Position numbers and translations under genes: made by a program
The notes under the pieces: generated by a model
What the model was told of the DNA's origin: nothing
What the model saw: the letters and a program-made list of their open reading frames with translations, nothing else
Databases searched by the model: none
Source of the DNA: Scyliorhinus canicula
Lineage: Eukaryota
Direction of reading: 5' to 3'
Assembly (NCBI RefSeq): GCF_902713615.1
Contig: NW_024055744.1
Span: 679,881 to 743,880, forward strand
DNA length: 64,000 bases
Part shown: in pieces, positions 34,696 through 49,410 of the stretch
Numbering within the stretch: position 1 is the first letter of the stretch
Layout of the letters: every line of letters starts with the position of its first letter

Positions 34696-35817
34696 TTACT
34701 TGTGGCCTCGTTGGTGTCTCAGCAGGTTGGGTGAAGTGGTGAATCGCTTCCCACACTGTGAGCAGGTGAATGGCCTCTCCCCAGTGTGAACTCGCTGGTG
34801 TGTGAACAGAGCGAATGACTGCGTGAATCCCTTCCCACACTTGGAGCAGGTGAACGGTCTCTCCCCAGTGTGAACTCGCTGGTGTGTGGACAGGGCGGAT
34901 GATTGAGTGAATCCCTTCCCACACTCGGCACAGGTGAATGGCGTCTCCCCAGTGTGAATTCTCTGGTGTGTGGACAGATTGGATGACTGAGTGAATCCCT
35001 TCCCACACTCGGCACAGGTGAATGGCCTCTCCTCAGTGTGAATTCGCTGATGTACAGTGAGGTCACATGATCGTCTGAACCCAGTCCCGCAGTAAGAGCA
35101 CCTAAACGGTCTCTCGTCGGTGTGAACACCCTGATGGTTCATCAGATTCCCTGAACTTTTATAGCGCTTCCCACAGTCTGGACATTGAAACGGTCTCTCA
35201 TCAGTGTGAACTCGCTGGTGACTCAGCAGGTGGGCTGAAATAGTAAATCCCTTCCCACACTCTGAGCAGGTGAATGGCCTTTCCCCAGTGTGAATTCGCT
35301 GGTGGTTCCGTAGGGCCGATGAATCACTGAATCCTTTCTCACACTCTGAGCAGGTGAATGGTCTCTCCCCAGTGTGAACACGCTGGTGTCTGGACACAGC
35401 GGATGACTCAGTGAATCCCTTCCCACACTTGGGGCAGGTGAATGGTCTCTCCCCAGTGTGAACTCGCTGGTGACTAAGCAGGGCGGATGACTTAATGAAT
35501 CCCTTCCCACACTTGGAGCAGGTGAATGGCCTCTCCCCAGTGTGAACTCGCTGGTGTATGAACAGAGTGGATGACTGAGTAAATCCCTTCCCACACTTGG
35601 AGCAGGTGAATGGTCTCTCCCCAGTGTGACTGCGTCGATGAGTTTCCAGCTGGGATGGGGAAGTGAATCCTTTCCCACAGTCCGCACATTTCCACGGTTT
35701 CCCCTCCGTGTGACTGCATCTGTGGCTTGTGAGGCCTGATGATTGACTGAATCCTTGTCCACACACACAACACGTGTACGGTTTCTCCCCACTGTGAACA
35801 ATGTTTTTTCCTTCCAT
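34696..35817 (-). CDS. C2H2 zinc-finger protein A, 373 aa, 13 fingers
   Basis: ATG at 35817 (MEGKNIVH) followed by 13 x 28-aa fingers to HQRGHK*. Acceptor TTTCACAG|GGTGTT with exon start at 35926. AATAAA at 34569-34574 (minus). Confidence 0.9.
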   Translation of the reverse strand: MEGKNIVHSGEKPYTCCVCGQGFSQSSGLTSHRCSHTEGKPWKCADCGKGFTSPSQLETHRRSHTGERPFTCSKCGKGFTQSSTLFIHQRVHTGERPFTCSKCGKGFIKSSALLSHQRVHTGERPFTCPKCGKGFTESSAVSRHQRVHTGERPFTCSECEKGFSDSSALRNHQRIHTGERPFTCSECGKGFTISAHLLSHQRVHTDERPFQCPDCGKRYKSSGNLMNHQGVHTDERPFRCSYCGTGFRRSCDLTVHQRIHTEERPFTCAECGKGFTQSSNLSTHQRIHTGETPFTCAECGKGFTQSSALSTHQRVHTGERPFTCSKCGKGFTQSFALFTHQRVHTGERPFTCSQCGKRFTTSPNLLRHQRGHK

Positions 35818-36224
35818 GTTCAAAGTACAATGATATTCAGGATATGATAAATTGAGGACTCTGTCAGATCCTGATGTGATGCTTGGTTTTGAGTTTCCGG
35901 ACTTTGAATCCTCCCCTTCGAACACCCTGTGAAATGGATTCAAAACAGAAAATAGGGAATGAGAAAGAACCCACAAAAACACAAAGGCAGGTTGTGAAAT
36001 TGAGCGGAATGAATCTGGTCATTTGTGGGGCTGGCACTGGGAAAAAGTGACCATGAAAATTGCTGGATTGTCAAAAAAACCCAACTGGCCTCTTTGGGAG
36101 GAGAGAGAAAGAGGCGAAGAGGGATTTTGTATATCTACAAGTCACACTAATGAGAATGGATGGCAAAGCAAACTCGACCTTGTGCTTCATAAACAGTAAT
36201 ATTGATACCAAAACTATGCTTCTG

Positions 36225-36865
36225 GCGGCAATGATTAGCACTGCTACCTCACAGCGCCAGGGACCTGGGTTCAATTCCGGCTTGGGTCACTGTCTGTGTG
36301 GAGTCTGCACATCCTCCCCATGTGTGCGTGGGTTTCCTCCGGGTGCTCCGGTTTCCTCCCACAGTCCAAAGATGTGTAGGTTAGGTGGATTGGCCATGGT
36401 AAATTGCCCTTACTGTCCAAAATTGCCCTTAGTTTTGGGTGGGGTTACTGGGTTATGGGGATAGGGTGGAGTTGTTGACCCTGGGTAGGGTGCTCTTTCC
36501 AAGAGCCGGTGCAGACTCGAAGGGCTGAATGGCCTCCTTCTGCACTGTAAATTCTATGATTCTATAATTGCGGCCTTGGTGACTGTGTGGAGTTTGCACT
36601 TTCTCCCCGTGTCTGCGTGGGTTTCCACCCGGTGCTCAGGTTTCCTCCAACAGTCCAAAGAAGGGAAAGTTAGGTGGATTGGCCTTGATAAATTACCACT
36701 TAGTGTCCAGGGATGGGCAGGTTTGGTGGGGCTATGGAGTTACAGGGACAGGGTAGGGGTGTGGGCCAAGGCAGGGTGCCCTTTCAGAGAATCAGTGCAG
36801 ACTCGATGGGCCGAATGGCCTCCTTCTGCACTGTAGGAATTCTATGGTCTAATTCTATTCTATGA
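36225..36865 (+). mobile_element. Two nested HE1-type SINEs in the ZNF-A intron
   Basis: An extra SINE body (~36290-36565) is present relative to the single SINE at the paralogous position 59905-60245. Confidence 0.7.
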
Positions 36866-37884
36866 ATCTTTATAAAGCTCTGGTCACCACTCTTCAGGAA
36901 GGATGTGAAGGTTCTTGGAGAAGATGCAGAGGAGATTTACCAGAATGGTTCCAGCAAAGGAGGCTGAGAGGAGATTTGATTAAGGCACACAAGATTATGC
37001 CAGATTTCCATCGGGTGGACAACGAAACTCTGTTTCCATTCACTGATCATACAAGCAGTTGGGACACAGATTTAAAGTTTTGGGTAAAGCCTGGATTGAA
37101 CGATACACGATCCTGAGGGGTTTTGACAGGGTGGATGTGGAGAGGATGTTTCCTCTTGTGGGAGAATCTACAATGAAGGGCATCACTGTTGGAAGATAAA
37201 GAGTCACCCATTTCAGATGGAGATGAGGATTTTTTATTCTCTTGAGGGTTGTAAGACTTTGGAACTCACGTCCTTAAAAGGCAGCGGAAGCAGAGTCCTT
37301 GAATATTTTTAACGCAGAGCTGGATAGATTCTTGATGAGCAAGGGGGTGAAAGGTCATCAGGGGTAGGCAGGAATGTGGCATTGAAGTTGGAATGAGATC
37401 AGCCACAATCCAACTGAATGCTGAGCAGGCTCGAGGGGCCGAGTGGCCTGTTCTTAGTTTGTATGTAAAAGGTACAGGAGATATGAGGTGATATGAGATA
37501 TATGTTTTTACACAGCGAGCGGCAATAACCTGAAACTTGCTGCCTATGAGGGAGTTTGAAAATGGACACAATGAATCATTTGATTTCAAAAGGAAATTGG
37601 ATAGACATCTGAGGGAAATAAACCTGTGAGGATACAGGGAACAGGTGAATGGGACCGACTGGATTGCTCCAGAGAGCTAGCATGGACTCAATGGACCGAA
37701 TGCCCTTCTTTGTGCCATCATGTCTCTGACTCGTTTGTGTAATCTATTTTTGTAATTTAACCCCAGGGGGTTCAGATATCACTCAGGTAAATCTGTGCTA
37801 CACTCCCTCCAAGGCCATTCTATCCTTCCTCAGGTTTGTTGCCCAGAACTGAACACAGTTCTCCAGGTTTGGTCTAACCAGGGT

Positions 37885-38110
37885 CTGTGAATCTCGGGGC
37901 TTTTCCAGTCACACTGAGACCTGAAATCTTCCCTCACAGACAGAACAGACAAACCTTTTACCTTCCACACCCAGATGCTGCTGAAATTCAGATTCTGACG
38001 AATCGAGACTCTGTCAGATTACGATGTGACTTTTGGTTTGCGTTTCCCGTCTGTTAAACCTCCTCTTCCAGTATCCTGTAAATTTACAGAAACCTCACTG
38101 TCAGTTTAGG
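37885..38110 (-). pseudogene. ZNF remnant (5' part of the finger exon, MEKPW subfamily)
   Basis: CTCGGGGCTTTTCCAGTCACACTGA...CAGAACAGACAAAC matches 15405-15470 and the rc of ~20690-20860. Confidence 0.65.
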
Positions 38111-38589
38111 ATAAAAATTCACAACATTCTCACCTCGCCAACTTTGATTAAATGTATTCCTGGAGGTTTGATCACATGACCTGCCCCCATCCTCAAGCCA
38201 TTAATCGGTCAACACGGTCCATCCTTGTGACACACTGCCTTCCACGGCCAATTGGGAAAAGGACTCATTACCTTACAGGACAGTTACCGTCCTGATGATT
38301 TTCCAGACACCCAGGTATGAATCTCACCAAAGCAGGGAGCGGAGTTGGTGTGAACTCGGGCAGGAGGAGCTTCGGAACAGTAAATATAAATAATGTACCT
38401 TGGGAATTCAGGGCCTAGGCAGCAGGGATAGGAGTTGGCGCAAATCCAGGGAGAAGGAGCTTCGGAACAGTAAATATAAATAACTTACCTCAGAGTAAAG
38501 CTGATTGGCTGGTTGGGAATCTGTTCTAAATTTGAGAAACTGGAGTAATTAACTGAGTAGGGAGTAACTCGGATTTCAGTAACTAGGAG

Positions 38590-39880
38590 ATTGCTGTTTC
38601 TGTCTACATCAACGATTTGGATGAGAATGTACAAGGCATGATCAGTAAGTTTGCAGATGACACTAAAATAGGTGGTATTGTCGGCAGTGACAAAGGTTAT
38701 CAAAAATTGCAGCAGGATCTTGATCAGCTGGGGAAGTGGGCCGAGAAATTACAAATGGAGTTCAGTGCAGATAAATGTGAGGTGTTGCATTTCAGAAAGT
38801 CAAATCAAGGTCCGACTTTCACAGTGAATTGTAGGGCCTTAGGGTGTATCATGGAACAGAGGGATCTTGGAGTTCATGTGCACGGTTCTTTAAAGGTGGA
38901 GTCACAGGTAGATAGGGCAGCACGGTAGCATAGTGGTTAGCACAGTTGCTTCACAGCTTCAGGGTCCCAGGTTCGATTCCCAGCTGGGTCATTGTCTGTG
39001 TGGAGTCTGCATGCTCTCCCCGTGCCTGCATGTGTTCTCTGCTTTCCTCCCACAGTCTAAAGATGTGCGGGATAGGTGGACTGGCCATGCTAAATTACCC
39101 TTAGTGTCCAAAAAAAAGGTTAAGTGGGGGTTACTGGGTTACAGGGATAGGGTAGATCAGTGGGCTTGAGCAGAGTGCTCTTTCTAAGGGCTATCCAGCT
39201 CTGGAAGACTCGATGGGCTGAATAGCCTCCATCTGCACTGCAAATTCTCTGAAGAAGGCTTTTGGCATGCTGGCCTTCATTAGTCAGGGCATTGAGTATA
39301 CAAGTTGGGAAGTTATGTTGCAGTTGTACAGGACGTTGGTGAGATCGCACCTGGAGTATGGTGTTCAGTTTTGGCTGCGTTGCTATCGGAAAGATGTTAT
39401 TAACCTGGAGAGAGCGCAAAAGAGATTTACAAGGACTTTGCCAGGACTCAATAGACTGAGTGAAAGGGAGAGATTCGACAGACCAGGACCTTTATCTTTG
39501 GAGCGTAGGGGACTGAGGGGTGATCTTATGGAGGTGTATAAGATCATGAGAGACATGGATAGGGTGAATGCACTCAGTCTTTTTCTCAGGGTTAGGGAAT
39601 CGAGAACTAAAGGGCATATGTTTAGGTTAAGGCGGAAAAGAATTAATGGGAATCTGAGGAGCAATGGTTTTACACAGAGGATAGTACAGAATGAGCTGGC
39701 GGAGGAAGGAGTTGAGGCAGGGACATTGCCAACACTGAAAAGGCATTTGGACAGATACATGGAATAGAAAGGTTCAGAGGGATCTGGGCCAAATACAGGC
39801 CAATGGGATTGACTTAGATGAGTTTTTTGGTTGGCATGGACCAGTTTGGGCCGAAGGGCCTGTCTCCATGCTGTAGATTC
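38590..39880 (+). mobile_element. CR1-type LINE 3' half (RT core to 3' end), split by a HE1 SINE at ~38912-39250
   Basis: GMISKFADDTKIGG...KCEVLHF...QVDRA | KKAFGMLAFISQGIEY...RGDLMEVYKI. The reading is continuous across the SINE. Confidence 0.88.
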
Positions 39881-41099
39881 TATGAACCGCAAGTCTCTTT
39901 GGACACCCACTGTACTGAACCTGTTTCCATTTAGAAAGTACTGAGTTCTATCCTTTTTCGGTTCAAAACAGATAACCTCACACTTGTTTATAATGCCACA
40001 ATCTTGCCCATTCACCTTGTCTGTCAGTCAATATCTTCTTGCAATTTAATGCAATCATCTATGCTGTCTATGATGCCACCAAACTTTGTATCATCAGCAA
40101 CTCAGAGGGGCTGGTTTAGCATACTGGGCTAAATCGCTGGCTTTTAAAGCAGACCACGGCAGGCCAGCAGCACGGTTCAATTCCCGGACCAGCTTCCCTA
40201 AACAGGCGCCGGAATGGGGGCTTTTCACAGTAACTTCATTTGAAGCCTACTTGTGACGATTTTCATTTCATTTCATTCACAGTGCAGAAGAGGCCCTTCG
40301 GTCCATCAAATTTGCACCGACACATGATAAACCTGGCCCACCTACCTAATCCCATTTGCCAGCACTTGGCTCATAGCCTTCAATGTTATGACTTCCCTGT
40401 CTTCATCCAGGTACTTTTTTTAGAGGATGTGAGGCAACCCGTCTCTATCACCCTCCGAAGGCAGTGCATTCCAGACCGTCACCATCCTCTGGATAGAAAT
40501 ATTTTTCCTCAGTACCTGTGTCAATGAATCTAATCCGCACTCTCTGCTGGTTAGCCAATCCTCTATCCAAGCTAATATATCATCTCTCAACCCCGTGGGA
40601 TTTTACGTTGATTATTACCTTTTGTGTGACACCTTATCAAACATATTCTGGGAGTCCAAATACATCTACAGGACCCCATTATCCATTTGGCCTGTTACAT
40701 CTTCCAAGAACTGCAAGAAATTAATCAAACACAATCTACCCTTCACAAAACCACGCTGACTCTGATGGATTGCAGTCTGACTTTCCAAATGTCCAGAAAC
40801 TGCTTCCTCAATAATGGATTCCAACAGTTTCCCAACAACAGACTTTAAACTAACTAATGTCCTACTTTCTGCCTTTTTGACCTAATCCAGTGACATTGGA
40901 GATTTTCTCAGTGACCCTCAGTCACCATCATTGAACATTTTCCTGTTTCTCTGGGTGACTAATGCAGTGACATTGTCACTGGGTCAGTGTCTACCCCCCT
41001 GGTCTCTATGAGGTTGTTTGTGGAGAGAAGTCGGAAGTGACGATCAGTGAGAGTAGAGAATTCTATAAGTCTTATGACTTATAGAATGACATTGAGTAG

Positions 41100-41440
41100 A
41101 GGGCAGCACGGTAGCATGGTGGTTAGCATAAATGCTTCACAGCTCCAGGGTCCCAGGTTCGATTCCCGGCTGGGTCACTGTCTGTGTGGAGTCTGCACGT
41201 CCTCCCCGTGTGTGCGTGGGTTTCCTCCGGGTGCTCCGGTTTCCTCCCACAGTCCAAAGATGTGCGGGTTAGGTGGATTGGCCATGCTAAATTGCCCGTA
41301 GTGTCCTAAAAAGTAAGGTTAAGGGTGGGGTTATTGGCTTACGGGTATAGGGTGGATACGTGGGTTTGAGTAGGGTGATCCTGGCTCGGCACAACATCGA
41401 GGGCCGAAGGGCCTGTTCTGTGCTGTACTGTTCTATGTTC
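41100..41440 (+). mobile_element. Full-length HE1-type SINE
   Basis: GGGCAGCACGGTAGCATGGTGG (A box), GGTTCGATTCCC (B box) and a CR1-like 3' tail ending (TGTTCTA)n. Confidence 0.88.
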
Positions 41441-41499
41441 TATTGTTCGGCACTGGGGATTTGTAAACCCCGCCCCCCAACACCGACCTCTCACCTGAC

Positions 41500-42000
41500 A
41501 CCTCACAATGCCCGGCAATGATTGACGGCATCGCGCGACCAATAGTGGAGTGGGCGGGTTCGGGCGGACATGGCGGGAGTGACAGGTCCTCCAAGCAATC
41601 GGAGTGAATCAGGGGCGGGACTGGACCGAGTGAAGCATGCGCACTGTGATTAATGGCGACGCGAAAAAGGTTCTTTCTCGGATCCATAATCAGTGACGGT
41701 GGGAATGGCGGGTCGGACGGAGAGCTGGATCATGCGGGTAGTTAGGCACGCTTCGCAAACATGTTATGTAAACCGAACATCTGACAAAATAAACCACCGG
41801 TACCTGTAAATCTGAGCGGAGGTTGCAGCTTTGTTACGAAAAAGACTATGCGGCCGCCATCTTTATTTGGTGCTCGCTACGCATGCGCCCTCGGCATCAT
41901 TATTTGTATCACTCGCGGTAGTGCGCACGCGCACCCACCATCTTTATTGGGGCACGAGCAGCAGAGCGCAGGCTCAGTCGCCATCATTGTTGGGGGCAAC
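41500..42000. promoter_or_regulatory. CpG-rich, possibly bidirectional promoter
   Basis: CCAAT and GC boxes at ~41540-41560, NRF1-like GCATGCGCA at 41635-41643 and CGCATGCGC at 41880-41888, YY1 CCGCCATCTT at 41854-41863. Confidence 0.6.
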
Positions 42001-43707
42001 ATTTTTTAAATGTGTCTTCCTGACAGACTGTTTCACTCTGAGTTACAAATTCTTATTTATGGGGCAGAATATATGTCGAGGGCAGTGACCATAATTCGAA
42101 TTTATATTATGACTTGAACAGAATACAACTTTTAAGTCTTTCAGAGAAACGTCACAAAATAACAATTGACACTGAGCCACATGAGGAGATATTAGGTTTT
42201 AAGGAGAATCTTAATGGAGGAAATTGAGTCAGAGAGTGGGAGAGTTTTAAGGAGGAAATTCCAGAAATTGAGGCCTTGGCAACTCAGTAATGGTTTAGAG
42301 ATTAAAATCAGAAATTCTCAAGTGGCTGGAATTAAATGAGTGCAGAGATCTCAAAGAGGTGTGTGTGGAGGAGATTACAGTGATCTGGCTGATCACTACC
42401 ATGGAGGAAAAGAAGAATGAGAAATTAAAACTTTTTTGTGCCTTTTAAAAGGAAACATTTGCAGATCAGTGGGACAGGGGCAGGTGTGAGTAAGCACTTG
42501 GGTAGCAGAGTTTGGGATGGGATGGAGGGGGTTGTTTAATGTTGGGGTCCGACGGTGAGTGCGTTGGAATAATTTGGTTGAGAGGTAACAGAAGAATGGA
42601 TGATGGTTTCTGCAGCAGATGAACAGAGACTAAGGTGAAGTAGAGCTATGTTCCTGAGGTGGAAATCGGCAATCTTGGTGATGATGTGGATATGTGGTTA
42701 AGAGCTCATCTAGGGGTGAAACATTTGACAGGAATGGAATTGGTAACAAGGGAGTGGAGTTTGTAGAGGGGATGAAAGGGAATGGGTTCAGTCTTCTCAA
42801 TATTTAAATGGAGGAAAGTTCTGCTCATCCAGCACTGGATGTCGGACAAGATCAGAGAGTGTGTGGCTTGGAAAGGAACTTGCAGGTGGTGATGTTCACA
42901 TACATCTGCTGTCCTGCTCCATCCAGGTGGTGGAGGTTAAGTGTTTTGGAGATTCTGTCAAATTGTGATTCAGTTGTTGCTTCATTGCTTCCTGTTACCC
43001 TCACTCCGTTCTCTCTCCCTTTCCATCAATCTATTTGATTCTCTCTTTCCCACTACTCACTCTCTTTCTCTCTCACTCTCACTCTGTTTCTCACAAATAA
43101 TTATCTAGCCCAGAGGGTTGTGGATGATCATAATAATCATTATTTTCACAAATAGGCTTCCATTAACACTGCAGTGAAGTTACTGTGACCATCATTGAAT
43201 ATATTTAAGGCTGAGATGGTGAGATTTTGGTCTCTCAGGAAGTCAAAGGACATAGAAAGCTAACAGGAAAGTAGAATTGAAGACTGAGATCAACGACAAT
43301 CGTGTTCAATGGCAGAGCAGATTTTATGGGCCGAATGGTCTACTTCAGCTCCTATTTCTTGTGTTCTTGCAGAAGCTCGAATCTTGTGTAGGCTCAGGCT
43401 GTGTGGCAGGTTCCCTTCCTTGAAGGACATTAACAAACTGGTTCACTTTTCACAAAAGTTTCAACAGTTTTCGTGGTCACTTTTTCCCCAGAGCCGGCCC
43501 CACAAGTGACCAGGTTCATTCAGCTCAATTTCACAAGCTGCCTTTGTGTTTTGTGGGATCTCTCTCACTCCCTTTTTTCTGTTTTAAATCAATTTCACAG
43601 GGTATCAGCAGGGAAGGATGTGCAATTGGGAAACTCCAACCAAACACCACATCAAAATCTGACAGTCGTGTAACTGATCGGAACCCGAATATCATCAGAT
43701 TTTGAAC

Positions 43708-44704
<997 letters not shown>

Positions 44705-45894
44705 TGATTGATATTTCATGTGAACCTTTTTCTGTTCCATAGAATCCCTTCAGTGCAGAACGAGGCCATTCAGCCCATCAAGTCTGCACTGACCCTCCAA
44801 TACGGCACCCCACTCAGGACCACTCCTCTACCCTATCCCCAGAAACCCACCTAACCTTTGGACACTCAGAGGAAATCTTTTAAAATGGCCAATCCACCTC
44901 ACCTGCACTAACCTCAGTCTTTGGACTGTGGGAGGAAACCGGGGCACCCGGAAGGAACCCACGCAGACACAGGGAGGAAGTGCAAACTCTACACAGTCAC
45001 CCAAGGGCGGAATCTAAACCCCCTCCCTCTGATCTCCAGTCAGCATCTGTTCGAATGAAAACAGCCCCAGTTTCTCTAATCCCTCCTGGTAACAAAAGCC
45101 TCTCTTCCCTGGGATCATCTCAGTGAATCTCTTCTACACCCTCTCCATGGCCTTGACATCCTTCCTGGTGTAAGATCCCCCAAAACCTGATCTAATATTC
45201 CAACTGCAGCCGAACCAATGATTTGTACAGATTTACATGACCTCTGTCCTTTTGTACTCCACACCCAGAATTATAAAACCTTGGATCCCATGTGTATTTT
45301 AAACTCTTTATCAACTTGTCCTCTCATACTTCAACATTTGTGTTTCTGAACTACTTTTAGGGTTTTGGAGATATTAACATAACATGGCTGAAATACATTG
45401 ACATCCAATGTCTGATATAATGTGTGTTATGGGAGAGAGAAGTTTAGTCTCTGTTAGAAACTCAAGCAGGAGCTTCACTGCAGACAGGTCACCGTGGAAA
45501 CGCTGATAAGACATTCCATTCCACAGAATCCACTCATTGGAAACTCGAATTGGATTGGGGAGAGGACAGAGTTTGTCTGTTATTAACCTCAACATAAACT
45601 TAAACCAGAGTGAATAATGGAACAGATTAAATTCTAATGTGTAATATTTATAGCTACAGTAATGGAATTATCAGAAATAATAGAATTAACAGGCGGGGTA
45701 GTTTAGGGAAAATGAGGAAATTACTGCAGAAACGTAACTGCTGGGAACCAAGAATGTGTCCTTGTAAATCACAGATTAGAGAAATTCCTGCTGTCTTTTC
45801 CTGCATGAACTGTGTTCTGTACTGGCCACCAAATTTCAGGAAAGATACATTGCACTTGGTAACAGTCCTGTACAGATTGACCATGATGAAGTGA

Positions 45895-46130
45895 GGCTGC
45901 TGAACTGAGTGAATCTCTTCCCCCACACATGGAGAACATTAACGGTCGGTCGCTCCTCCGTGTGAACATGTCGATGAATCTCCAAGTCTGATTAAATCTA
46001 TTCCACAATCCCCAGATTTCCAAGGTTTCTTCCAGCGTGACTACATATCGTTTGAAAGGTCAGACCATTGGCTAAAACATCATCCACATTCCGAACACGG
46101 GAACTGTTTCTCCCACATTGAACAGGGTCT
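45895..46130 (-). pseudogene. Degenerate ZNF finger remnant
   Basis: Minus strand reads GEKQFPCSECG, KPWKSGDCG and EIHRHVHTEERP in mixed frames with stops. Confidence 0.65.
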
Positions 46131-46919
46131 TTGAACAAAGAACAATACAGCACAGGAACAGGCCCTTCAGCCCTCCAAGCCTGTACCGGTCATGATACCA
46201 ACCTTTGCCAAAACCTTCAGCACTTCCTTGTACCGTATCCCTATACCAATCTTATCCATGTGTTTGTAAAGATGCCTTTTAAACGCCGTTCATGTATCTG
46301 CTTCCATAACCTCTCCTGGCAATGCGTTCAGCATTGTTTCTCCAGAGTTATTAAAGCTTCGATTGTCTCACATGAAAGAAACACAGGTTCAGGTGCTGAT
46401 GGAGATCCTAGTGCATCCTCAGCCACCAACAGTAATTCTATATAAAATCGAGGACTTGAAATATGTGAAGATGTGATCGATAAGGTTGCAGATGGAAAAT
46501 CATTGGTGTGGCAACAAGCGAGCACAAAAGCCTTAGATTACGGGATAATACAGATGGGCTAGTCGTGTGCAGAACAGTGCAGACATGATGTGCCGAGTGA
46601 CTTCCACCTGTACTGGATCATTCTAGAAAACACTGAACATTCAGTATCACGAGCAAAAGAGAAGATGGAGGATTTACTGATTCTGCGATGGAACTCAGCA
46701 AGAGTTTGCGTCTTCTGGGGAAGAGAGAGGAAGGACCAATTGGGGTTTGAATTGTTCCACGGGAGAGCAGCATTCAATCATTTTGACATCGATAATCATT
46801 TGCGAGAGTATTTTGATCCCTCGGTAATCAAGTTATTTTGTATTTACTGTTTACAGTTTCAATGGTGCGGGTATTACCCGTCATTCCATGCGGCTGTGAA
46901 TGTGCCCTATTCACTCCAC

Positions 46920-47280
46920 AGGAGCCCAGTGCGCAGACGCAATACTGGGCTGTATCTGGAGCATGCGCAGTGTCACTTTGCTGGGAGGTCTGCGAGTGCG
47001 AGGGCGGCTGTTTGGGGCGGAGAGAGTCGGTGAGGCGGAGGGAGGACTGGAGCCGGGAGTCGGGGTGGGGAGGGAGTGAAGGCTTCATAAACACCCCTGC
47101 TGCTCACAGGGCCGGTTTAAGACCCTGCAAATCCCGAGTTTGCAGCTGCGGAGCTTTTATCCGGTATCAGGCCCAGTTCCACGGCCGCCATCTTTGTTTA
47201 GCGGCGCGGCTGAGGGACCATCTTGATGACGTAACAGAGGCGGTGCTTCCGGATCCCGGTGACCAGGAGAGAAAACCATT
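46920..47280. promoter_or_regulatory. CpG promoter / first-exon module
   Basis: GCATGCGCA at 46961-46969, CCGCCATCTT at 47185-47194 and ETS CTTCCGG at 47246-47252. Similar to 56850-57020 (GAGGCTTCATAAA.ACCCC). Confidence 0.55.
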
Positions 47281-49084
47281 GCCTCGATGATTGACAGGCC
47301 CCTCCAGAGGGAAGGTGCTGCAGCCATTTGTGGCAATCCGAAGAACAGAAGAATAATAACATCAGAATTAGCAGCAGGGAATGGCCATTCGGCCTATTAG
47401 CCCTGCTCTGCCATTTAATAAAGGCGTGGCTGATCCGAATGTGCCCTTAATTACATTTTCCTGCCTTCCCCCAGAAACCTTTGACTCCCCCGTAGATAAA
47501 AAAAAGACTAAATTAGCTTTGAGTATATTCAGTGACCCAGTGCCACTACTCTCTGGGAAAGAGAATTCCAAAAACTCAGTTTTGACAAAGTCATCCTGAC
47601 TCAAAACGTTAGCTCCCCTTCCTCCCCACAGATACTGTCAGACCTGCTGAGAGTGTCCAGTATTTTCTTATTTTGTTTCACATTCCAGCATCTGCAGCAA
47701 TTTGCTTTTCTCCACAGACTGATGACCCTCTGAGGGAAGACATTTCTCCTTATCTCAGTGTCAAATTGGAGAACTCTTATCTTTAAACTGTCCCCCTTAG
47801 TTCTTGAATCCCCATGTGGGAAAATATTCTTTCATCAAAATCCCTCAGAATCTTAGATGTTTCAAGAAGATCACCTCTCATTCTTCTGAACTGCATCGGG
47901 TACAGACTAAACAGGCTCAATCTTCCTCCATAAAACAAACACTCCCATCCCAGGAATCAGACTAGTGAAACTTCACTGAACTGCCTCCAAAGCAAGTAAA
48001 ACCCGTATTAATAATTAATTCTGGGACATTAGCACTGCTATCTCACGCACCGAGGTACCAGGTTCGATCCCGGCTCTGGGTCACTGTGGAGTTTGCACAT
48101 TCTCCCCGTGTTTGCGTGGGTTTCACCCCCACAAGCCAAAGATGTGCAGGGTAGGTAGATTGGCCAAACTAAATTGCCGCTTAATTGTAAAAAAATGAAT
48201 TGGGTACTTAAAAGTTATCCTGGGACTGGCAACAAGGGAAGAGAACGTTTGGAACTTCTATCCTCTACTCGAAGAGTGATGGATTTTGGAAACTCCTTTT
48301 ACCGGGGGTTAGAAGGGGAAGATTTATACCCAGCAAACCCAAACCAAGATAAATGTTTGTCTGATCTTAATTTCTAACCTTGACTAACATTTCTGACCAT
48401 TGTAATGTCCTTTTACAGGTGCTTCCAAAGCTTCTGATATCTTTCCAGCCGAAGGTTGCAGCAGGAGATTGTAAACTTGAAAACACCAAAATTGTGACAG
48501 AGGTGAGGATTATTATTATTATTATTAATTATAAATTTAGACTACCCAATTATTTGTTTCCAATGAAGGGGAAATTTAGCATGGCCAATCCGAAGCTGGC
48601 TCTCCCAGTGCAGACTTTGGTGTTGTGAGGTTGTTGCTGTAGTGGAGTGTGGCTGCTGCTGTTGTTGCTCTCTCTGTGATGCTGCTGCTGAGTTTGCTGC
48701 CTGTTTCCAGTGCTGGTTGCTGCTGAGCTGCCTGGAGGAAGGAGAGGTGAGAGAAGGACAAAAACAAGGTGGGAGTAAAGCCCTTTGAACTGCTTGTTTG
48801 CTAGACCCCTCCCGGTTGACGGCCCGGCCCAGTCTTCCCAACTGATAACATCTGCCTTCAGCAAGGACAAAACCTTCCTTATTCGATCCGGTGTGCTTGA
48901 TCCGGGGCAGGGGGATCGAGTGGACAGTGTGTTTGCTGAGCCCCCTCCCAGTCTGAAGACTCCACACACCAGCAGGGAGGAGGTGGATTCCATTGGGTGG
49001 TTGTTCCAGGGTGGGAGCACGGACTGTGTTTTTGCTGAGTCCTACTTGGGCCGAAGACCTCGCGAACCAGCGCCACTTACCTCC

Positions 49085-49410
49085 TTGTGAACCTGCTCTG
49101 GGCCTGGCGAAGTGTGTCATTTATAGCTTCAGGCAGCGGGCGACCGAGGGGGTCATCCGACCAGACTGTTTGCCCCTTTCGCAGCTGGGTGTCCCTAGAA
49201 AGGGAGCAGGCAGTGTCCATGGGCACCATCGAGGCCTTCCATGTGCGGTGGGCAGCGCAAGGGTTGGGGTGCTTTATCGACCCCTTTAAATACACTCTCA
49301 TTAGATGTTTTTAAGTTTCTGCTGATCTTTGTTATGTTCGGGCAGTGACATTAACCGGAGCGGCCCTTTTTGCTTTGTCCCTAAGTTTGTTTCCTTTGTT
49401 CTATTTTTTT
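49085..49410 (+). mobile_element. Tx1-type LINE ORF2 C-terminus and 3' UTR
   Basis: LLVNLLW..AKCVIY...VSLEREQAVSMGTIEAFHVRWAAQGLGCFID resembles Tx1 ORF2 ends, followed by a T-rich UTR. Confidence 0.55.
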
